From a virus (taxonomy: Duplodnaviria; Heunggongvirae; Uroviricota; Caudoviricetes), in IMG/VR virus record IMGVR_UViG_2721755721_000006: 16,579 bases of DNA, one strand, 5' to 3'. A program made the position numbers and the translations under genes. The notes beneath the pieces were generated by a model. That model had not been told where the DNA came from. It saw only the letters and a list, made by a program, of their open reading frames with translations, and did not search any database. Shown here in pieces: positions 7,723 through 12,800 of the stretch (positions are counted from its first letter, which is position 1; every line of letters begins with the position of its first letter).

Positions 7723-8469
7723 TTACTTCACAACCCTCATATTGCTGACATTTGGACGCCAGCTATCCCAGTTAAACGTCACCCATCGACCACCGTTCAT
7801 GGTCATGCGGTCCATAATCCTCTCACCAAGAAGCGTACTCATTGCGGCATGATTCAGGTTTGTTAACATCCCGACACTGCACAGTGATGCTGTCCGGCGA
7901 TCAATTATCTGGTGCAATACCACCTGCTCGTTTTTCGTCTCCCGCTGAACGCCTATTTCATCCAGGACCAGCAAATCAACCCCGCAAAGCTCCTGTAAAA
8001 ATTTTTCCCCGGATTTGCCGTTGTCGTAGCTGTCATGCAACACGCTCATGACGTCAGACACGGTGACGATAATCACGCTGCGCCCCTTCACCATCAGCCG
8101 GTTGCCCATCGCCGCTGCAAGGTGATTTTTCCCGGTGCCGGTTTTACCGCTGAACACAAAATTCGTGCACCCGGTCATCAGTTCGTCAGCTATGGATTTG
8201 GCCTGGCTCAGCGCGTATTTTTGCCCGTCGTTCTGCACCTGATAATTTGCAAACGAGCATTTGCTGTGCAGAGGCTGGATGCCCGAACGATTCAGGATTT
8301 TTTCCACCCGCAACTGGCGATTCTGGCGGTTAATCTCCTCGCTGCGTTTTCGTCCTTCAGCAAGTTGCCATTCCCGCCACTCCTCCACCGTCCGGTACGG
8401 TGGAACCGACCCCTGTGGTGCAAGTCTGCGAATACGTTCAAGAACCCCAACTGCCGCAATGTTTTTCAT
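7723..8469 (-). CDS. DnaC/IstB-like AAA+ helicase loader (phage replication protein, P/YdaV-position)
   Basis: Walker A (GKTGTGKNHLAAA) and Walker B (LLVLDEIG) motifs. 248 aa. Starts 7 bp after the O-like gene stop. Confidence 0.9.
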   Translation of the reverse strand: MKNIAAVGVLERIRRLAPQGSVPPYRTVEEWREWQLAEGRKRSEEINRQNRQLRVEKILNRSGIQPLHSKCSFANYQVQNDGQKYALSQAKSIADELMTGCTNFVFSGKTGTGKNHLAAAMGNRLMVKGRSVIIVTVSDVMSVLHDSYDNGKSGEKFLQELCGVDLLVLDEIGVQRETKNEQVVLHQIIDRRTASLCSVGMLTNLNHAAMSTLLGERIMDRMTMNGGRWVTFNWDSWRPNVSNMRVVK

Positions 8470-8475
8470 GACACG

Positions 8476-9438
8476 TCACCCCCTGAATCCCGGCGGTATT
8501 TCAGTGTCCGGTTCAGAAATGTGATTCACGCAACGCTGCGCGGGCGAACGCCCCAGGCGGATAACCAGTTCATCCCATTTTTCCCGGAGTTTTGCCGGAC
8601 TCATGATGTTTTTTACCCAGAACGAATCCCGCTGGAGACGCCCAAACATTTCACAAATTTGTCTGTGAGTTCTGCCATCCAGCATCCGCATTGTCCGCAC
8701 GTCATTGGCCCATGCAGTCCAGTTGGGTTCTTTCGGTCTCGTGATCTCGCCATCATCGCTGGCCGCCTGCTCGTAAAGACTCACGATTCGTCCCCAGATC
8801 CACTGTGCGCACACCAAATCTTCCTGACTTCCCCACTGGCGTTTTTTCGCACTGAACACAACCGCGTCAGGGTGTCGGGTTAAAAAATTCTGTTCAGCCG
8901 TCTGCGGGTCCGGTTGCGAAGCGTCCGGACAAGAAGATCTTTTATCTGACGGATCAGGTTTTAATACTGACGGATCGGGGTCAATCATCGCCCCCCTAAT
9001 CGGCAGTTTGTTATCAACAGTTGATCCATCAAAATTTGACGGGTCAACCGTTGAGGGGGCAATATTTGACGGGTCAACTGTTAACGGGTCATTTTTTGCC
9101 GGGCTAATTTTTCTTTTCGGTTTATATGACTCACGCGCCGCCGCAGCAGCTGCTTCGAGTTTTTCCACATTAAGCCGATAGATATTGCTTACATTACGCC
9201 CACCGACCTTACGCTCTTCCTTCGTCAGCCAGCCCTCTTTCGCCAGTTCTGCAATAGCCGATTTCACTGTGGATTCACTTCTTGCACCGATCTGACGCCG
9301 GATAGTTTCAATGGCAGGCCATGACACGCCCTCGTCATTGCTGTAGTCTGCAAGACGGGCCATAACCGCCACCCTGGATAAGATCATGCCGGTGAAGGCG
9401 CACCCTTCCCAGACAAGACCATGAAGCTTGCTGCTCAT
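8476..9438 (-). CDS. Phage replication initiator (lambda O-like; YdaU-position), with internal iteron repeats
   Basis: N-terminal wHTH region, a repetitive linker (…TVDPSN… three times, DPDPS, KPDPSD) that corresponds to DNA iterons, and a C-terminal domain. ATG at 9436-9438; the six-frame ORF starts at a GTG at 9453. Confidence 0.8.
   Translation of the reverse strand: MSSKLHGLVWEGCAFTGMILSRVAVMARLADYSNDEGVSWPAIETIRRQIGARSESTVKSAIAELAKEGWLTKEERKVGGRNVSNIYRLNVEKLEAAAAAARESYKPKRKISPAKNDPLTVDPSNIAPSTVDPSNFDGSTVDNKLPIRGAMIDPDPSVLKPDPSDKRSSCPDASQPDPQTAEQNFLTRHPDAVVFSAKKRQWGSQEDLVCAQWIWGRIVSLYEQAASDDGEITRPKEPNWTAWANDVRTMRMLDGRTHRQICEMFGRLQRDSFWVKNIMSPAKLREKWDELVIRLGRSPAQRCVNHISEPDTEIPPGFRG
8945..9130. 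repeat. Iteron cluster plus adjacent AT-rich stretch (putative prophage replication origin inside the O-like gene)
   Basis: Five copies of T(G/A)ACGG(A/G)TC at 8947, 8968, 9037, 9067 and 9082. Two ~23-bp near-identical repeats at 9031-9053 and 9061-9083 (AAAATTTGACGGGTCAACCGTTG versus AATATTTGACGGGTCAACTGTTA). An AT-rich run follows at 9091-9130. Confidence 0.55.
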
Positions 9439-9460
9439 AAAACCCCCGAACACCGTGCTT

Positions 9461-9886
9461 TTAGTGCATCACCACAGCATTCCCTGCCGGGCCGCCGCGA
9501 TTCATCTGGTCATACAAAACAACCGCTGACGCAACAAAATCATCGACATCCTTCACCAGCCGATCCCTCCGTTCGACGATCTCACGGTAATATTCAGAAC
9601 TGTGGCTGCGCATACGGGCCACCAGCAGAGGCGGCATTGCCTTTTCGATCGCCGGTAACAGAGCCTGAATTTTTTCAACAGCATCAGGGGTGTCTTTATC
9701 CAGCCAACGGAAAATTTTCTGTGTATTACGGGCCAGGGCTTCCGGATGGCTGTCGTCGTACAGTTCAGGGAACGTCATCCCCAGTTCGAAATAAGTCCGG
9801 GCTATTTCAGCTGCAGGAACTTTCTCACCATCAGGGTATGCCCAGGCATTCATCGCCATGCGGATGTGCTCATGTTTGATTTTCAT
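9461..9886 (-). CDS. YdaT-like protein (CII-position regulator of Rac/CP-933P-type prophages; 141 aa)
   Basis: Second gene of the rightward-operon analogue, directly after the Cro-like gene (its ATG at 9884-9886 overlaps the upstream stop at 9870). Size matches what I recall for YdaT (~140 aa). Assignment rests on position and size, not a verified alignment. Confidence 0.6.
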   Translation of the reverse strand: MKIKHEHIRMAMNAWAYPDGEKVPAAEIARTYFELGMTFPELYDDSHPEALARNTQKIFRWLDKDTPDAVEKIQALLPAIEKAMPPLLVARMRSHSSEYYREIVERRDRLVKDVDDFVASAVVLYDQMNRGGPAGNAVVMH

Positions 9887-10193
9887 GAATCATTTGCCTC
9901 TTGATGCTTCGGGTATGATCGTTTTCGTCATTTGGTTGCTTCATCGACATATTCTGCGAATAACATGACGAGCGTCGTAAGTATGTCCAATCAACATCAG
10001 GACGAAGTTCTTCACACAGGACACCACCTTTTGTTGCTCGTTCAATCGCAGGACATCTCTCAGCAGGCAACTGACGTACACCTTTGATCCATTGATTTAC
10101 GCTTGGAGGAGATACACCTAAAAGCCTAGCCATTGCTGATTGCCCACCGACAACAGCACAAGCTCGTTTGAATGAATAGTTATCTTTTTTCAT
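9870..10193 (-). CDS. Cro/YdaS-like HTH regulator (107 aa from the ATG at 10193)
   Basis: HTH segment QSAMARLLGVSPPSVNQWIKGVRQLP. GGAG lies 8 nt before the ATG. It is the first gene after the divergent PR-like promoter. The six-frame ORF begins at a GTG at 10214, which coincides with the predicted transcription start. Confidence 0.72.
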   Translation of the reverse strand: MKKDNYSFKRACAVVGGQSAMARLLGVSPPSVNQWIKGVRQLPAERCPAIERATKGGVLCEELRPDVDWTYLRRSSCYSQNMSMKQPNDENDHTRSIKRQMIHENQT

Positions 10194-10220
10194 CGAATGA
10201 ACTCCAAAAAACACGCAACA

Positions 10221-10250
10221 ATATTAGGCTTAGCCTAATACAATTGTCAA
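10221..10250 (-). promoter_or_regulatory. PR-like sigma70 promoter driving the Cro/YdaS-like operon
   Basis: Minus strand reads TTGACA (plus 10245-10250), an 18-nt spacer, then TAATAT (plus 10221-10226). The spacer contains the operator dyad ATTAGGCTAAGCCTAAT. Confidence 0.6.
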
Positions 10251-10288
10251 TAGGCTATGCCTAACACATCGAGAGTAGGGATTGCCTA
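10223..10288. promoter_or_regulatory. Three operator-like dyads (OR analogue) in the divergent intergenic region
   Basis: ATTAGGCTTAGCCTAAT (10223-10239), TAGGCTATGCCTA (10251-10263) and TAGGGATTGCCTA (10276-10288). Centres are about 25 bp apart. Consensus TAGGC-N3-GCCTA. Confidence 0.55.
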
Positions 10289-10317
10289 ACGCGATGCGCA
10301 TAGGAGACTATTAAGCA

Positions 10318-10794
10318 ATGCTTAGTGGTAAAGACTTAGGCCGAGCGATAGAGCAGGCCATTAACAAAAAAATTGCATCAGGAGCCGTCAAATCAAAGGC
10401 GGAAATCGCACGTCATTTCAAAGTCCAACCACCATCAATCCATGACTGGATTAAGAAAGGTTCGATAAGTAAAGACAAACTTCCAGAACTATGGCGTTTC
10501 TTTTCTGATGTGGTTGGTCCAGAGCATTGGGGGCTTAACGAATACCCCATACCAACCCCATCCACTTCAGATACAAAAAGTGAACTTTTAGACATAAACA
10601 GCCTTTATCAAGCCGCCTCTGATGAAAAAAGAGCAATTGTGGCTTTCCTCTTATCTGGAAATGCTACGGAGCCTAGTTGGGTTGATCATGACGTTCGCGC
10701 CTACATTGCCGCAATGGAAATGAAGGTAGCTAACTATCTGAAAAATCAAGAATCAAAACGGAAAAGCCAGAACATCACCAAGACAGGAACTTAA
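10318..10794 (+). CDS. Prophage repressor, RacR-like (158 aa, HTH, no recognisable LexA-type autocleavage domain)
   Basis: Divergent from the Cro-like gene. TAGGAGA lies 10 nt before the ATG at 10318. HTH segment KSKAEIARHFKVQPPSIHDWIKKGS. Flanked on both sides by the same operator dyads. Confidence 0.72.
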   Translation: MLSGKDLGRAIEQAINKKIASGAVKSKAEIARHFKVQPPSIHDWIKKGSISKDKLPELWRFFSDVVGPEHWGLNEYPIPTPSTSDTKSELLDINSLYQAASDEKRAIVAFLLSGNATEPSWVDHDVRAYIAAMEMKVANYLKNQESKRKSQNITKTGT

Positions 10795-10808
10795 ACTTAT
10801 ATGGTCCG

Positions 10809-10830
10809 ACGGGAAATTCCTAGTTCCCGT
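10809..10830 (+). terminator. Weak hairpin downstream of the repressor gene (candidate terminator)
   Basis: ACGGGAA / TTCCCGT stem with an 8-nt loop, 13 bp after the stop. The following sequence TAGTT is only weakly U-rich. Confidence 0.25.
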
Positions 10831-10887
10831 TAGTTAACTCCTACTACCTCTCCCACAAACCATCACCTATTAGGTCGCGCCCAAATT

Positions 10888-10931
10888 ATTAGGCATAGCC
10901 TATTGACAAGTAATTAGGCATTTCCTATAGT
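10888..10931 (+). promoter_or_regulatory. PL-like sigma70 promoter with overlapping operator dyads (OL analogue)
   Basis: TTGACA (10903-10908), a 17-nt spacer, then TATAGT (10926-10931). Operator dyads TAGGCATAGCCTA (10890-10902) and TAGGCATTTCCTA (10915-10927) have the same core as the OR sites. Confidence 0.6.
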
Positions 10932-11116
10932 TTTCCCATACCAACCCATCCCGTCCCACACAATACAGGGCAATACCTCGAGTTACCAGGCAGTGGTCAG
11001 GGGTTAAGTAGCCAGCCCGAGGCGTAAGAACATGACGGCAGGGTTCAACTTTAATAACTATGCAGCAGGTTTTTGTTCCGCTACCCCGGCGTTAAGGGGA
11101 AACAGAGGGTTTCTCA

Positions 11117-11473
11117 GTGGGCGAAGTCAAACATCAGAATGGAAGGCATCCCGGGATCGGCAAAGAAGCAGCAATGGCGCTTTATATTGACATCAGCGCC
11201 ATTGCAGGACAGGTAAGAGTTATCAGAGCGGTAACTAAGCGGTATGCGCCTTTACTTCAGAAAGTCTCTGGTGAGTGCACCGAAGATATTGTCAACGATT
11301 TCGTCATCGAACTGCGAGGACTCATCTTCAGTTACAAGGTGACCACAATTTTTGCAGATGGCTCCCGCGAAACTGTCAGAGCCCTGCGGCTTAAAGGATG
11401 TATCAAAGACTTCGCCACCACATTCTGGGCAAGAAAACTTGATTGTATTCATAACCAATTTCCTCTCGAGTAA
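11117..11473 (+). CDS. Hypothetical early-left ORF (118 aa); mutually exclusive with the minus-strand zinc-ribbon ORF
   Basis: First ORF downstream of the PL-like promoter and co-oriented with it. GTG start preceded by GAGGG at 7 nt. It is in exact codon phase with an antisense ORF, so one of the two is probably a mirror artefact. Confidence 0.3.
   Translation: MGEVKHQNGRHPGIGKEAAMALYIDISAIAGQVRVIRAVTKRYAPLLQKVSGECTEDIVNDFVIELRGLIFSYKVTTIFADGSRETVRALRLKGCIKDFATTFWARKLDCIHNQFPLE
11252..11452 (-). CDS. Small zinc-ribbon protein with an acidic C-terminal tail (66 aa); alternative to the plus-strand ORF
   Basis: ATG at 11450-11452 preceded by GAGAGGAAATTGGTT. Contains CPECGG…(20 aa)…CKNCGH followed by the tail EDESSQFDDEIVDNIF. 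Convergent with PL-like transcription. Confidence 0.35.
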   Translation of the reverse strand: MNTIKFSCPECGGEVFDTSFKPQGSDSFAGAICKNCGHLVTEDESSQFDDEIVDNIFGALTRDFLK

Positions 11474-11544
11474 CAGACCCCTCAGAGGATACCACCTCGC
11501 CTGACGTGGTTAAAAGCAGGCAACGCTAACCACAAGGAGCCGAC

Positions 11545-11763
11545 ATGCAGAAACGAGAACCCGTCATCATCGCGCCAGACTATACCGATGATGAACTTTA
11601 TGAGTGGATGCACCAGAAAATTAATGCAGCGCAGGATCTGAAATGGGCCAATGAAGCCAGGGCTAAGCAGGCTGAAAATCTGTCCGCTCTGGAGCAGGAT
11701 ATCACCAGGCTGGAAAAAGCAGCGGCATTAAGCATTGCCAGAATGATTACATACCCGCGTTAA
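11545..11763 (+). CDS. Small hypothetical early-left protein (72 aa)
   Basis: Consensus Shine-Dalgarno AAGGAG 5 nt before the ATG. Co-oriented with the PL-like promoter. No antisense competitor ORF. Confidence 0.55.
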   Translation: MQKREPVIIAPDYTDDELYEWMHQKINAAQDLKWANEARAKQAENLSALEQDITRLEKAAALSIARMITYPR

Positions 11764-12331
11764 TAGCTAACCAACGAAGCTAAGGTTGGTAATTAAGGAG
11801 TTCTCCACGGGTGAGGTGGAGTGCGTGCGCCGGACACGGGTGAGCATCCGGCACTGACAGTTTACTGAAAGGATATTTCCCTGAAAAGTCAGACCATAAC
11901 GCGAAAGCGCACGGCGAGGTAGCTGGTTCATAGATAGCCTGTCGTTAAATTTTCGTCGACCGTGCGCTTCCGGTTGTGGCAATCCGCGAAATGGCGCGGC
12001 GGTAAGTATGGCGGGGTTATTCCTTCCCCCGTTGAGGACACCGGGTTGTCAGGTTGACCATACGCTTAAGTGACAACCCCGCTGCAACGCCCTCTGTTAT
12101 CAATTTTCTGGTGACGTTTGGCGGTATCAGTTTTACTCCGTGACTGCTCTGCCGCCCTTTTTAAAGTGAATTTTGTGATGCGGTGAATGCGGCTGAGCGC
12201 ACGCGGAACAGTTAAAACCAAAAACAGTGTTATGGGTGGATTCTCTGTATCCGGCGTTAATTGTTAACTGGTTAACGTCACCTGGAGGCACCAGGCACTG
12301 CATCACAAAATTCATTGTTGAGGACGCGATA

Positions 12332-12520
12332 ATGGAAACGTTATTACCAAACGTTAATACGTCTGAAGGTTGTTTTGATATTGGTGTTCTGCTCAGTAAC
12401 CGGGAGTTTACTGAAGATGCCATTAATATGAGGAAATATGAGCCTTATCTGCTCAATGATAATTCCATACTTTCCCGAATTGCTCTTCTTGAACTTGGTA
12501 TTTTCGGAGAACGTCAATGA
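12332..12520 (+). CDS. Small hypothetical protein (62 aa), first gene of a translationally coupled pair
   Basis: ATG at 12332 with AGGA 7 nt upstream. Its stop overlaps the next start in an ATGA at 12517-12520. The six-frame ORF begins further upstream at a GTG at 12227 that has no Shine-Dalgarno. Confidence 0.5.
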   Translation: METLLPNVNTSEGCFDIGVLLSNREFTEDAINMRKYEPYLLNDNSILSRIALLELGIFGERQ

Positions 12521-12705
12521 CTTCAGCATTTGCACTGATGATGACGGTTTTTCTTATAACGGGTGAATCACAGAATGTGATTACCGGAATTTATGCAAGT
12601 AAAGAATCCTGCCTCCAGGCAAGAGACGAGCAAAAAATTTCTGGTGAATGCCTCCCGCTAAAAAAAGTATCGCTGTACCTGAATAACGAAACACCGGCTG
12701 GATAA
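12517..12705 (+). CDS. Small protein with an N-terminal hydrophobic signal/anchor segment (62 aa)
   Basis: GGAGAA 5 nt before the ATG. The N-terminus MTSAFALMMTVFLITG is hydrophobic, and the hydrophilic C-terminal part has two Cys residues. Confidence 0.5.
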   Translation: MTSAFALMMTVFLITGESQNVITGIYASKESCLQARDEQKISGECLPLKKVSLYLNNETPAG

Positions 12706-12800
12706 CCCTCCAGCCATATTAACACCATACCAACGGATTAAAAATGCCAGCAATGGCAGGGATTCGTTCACCCTGAAATCTGTCATGAGGTTAAAACAAA

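Noticed and set aside
7462-9879. Plus-strand ORFs 7462-7656, 7589-7852, 7842-8051, 8035-8883 (282 aa), 8261-8524 and 9421-9879
   Set aside because: All lie antisense to the DnaC-like, O-like and YdaT-like genes. The 282-aa ORF has odd composition (H, P, R and F-rich) and spans a gene boundary, typical of antisense read-through.
10413-10595. Minus ORF of 60 aa inside the repressor gene
   Set aside because: Antisense to a well-supported HTH repressor gene.
10935-11116. Lambda-style nutL (boxA CGCTCTTA plus boxB hairpin) downstream of the PL-like promoter
   Set aside because: I looked for one and found no convincing boxA match. Only short generic hairpins such as CCCC-N8-GGGG are present, so it is not reportable.
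11764-12331. tRNA or CRISPR array in the non-coding stretch
   Set aside because: No T-loop (GGTTCRANYCC) or cloverleaf arrangement was found and there are no regularly spaced direct repeats. The structure consists of dispersed inverted repeats instead.
11767-12423. Minus-strand ORFs 11767-11982 (71 aa) and 12133-12423 (96 aa), and the GTG-initiated upstream extension 12227-12331 of the small plus ORF
   Set aside because: No Shine-Dalgarno, low-complexity or odd composition, and they fall in the hairpin-dense region. The downstream ATG at 12332 has a good Shine-Dalgarno, so the GTG extension is unlikely.
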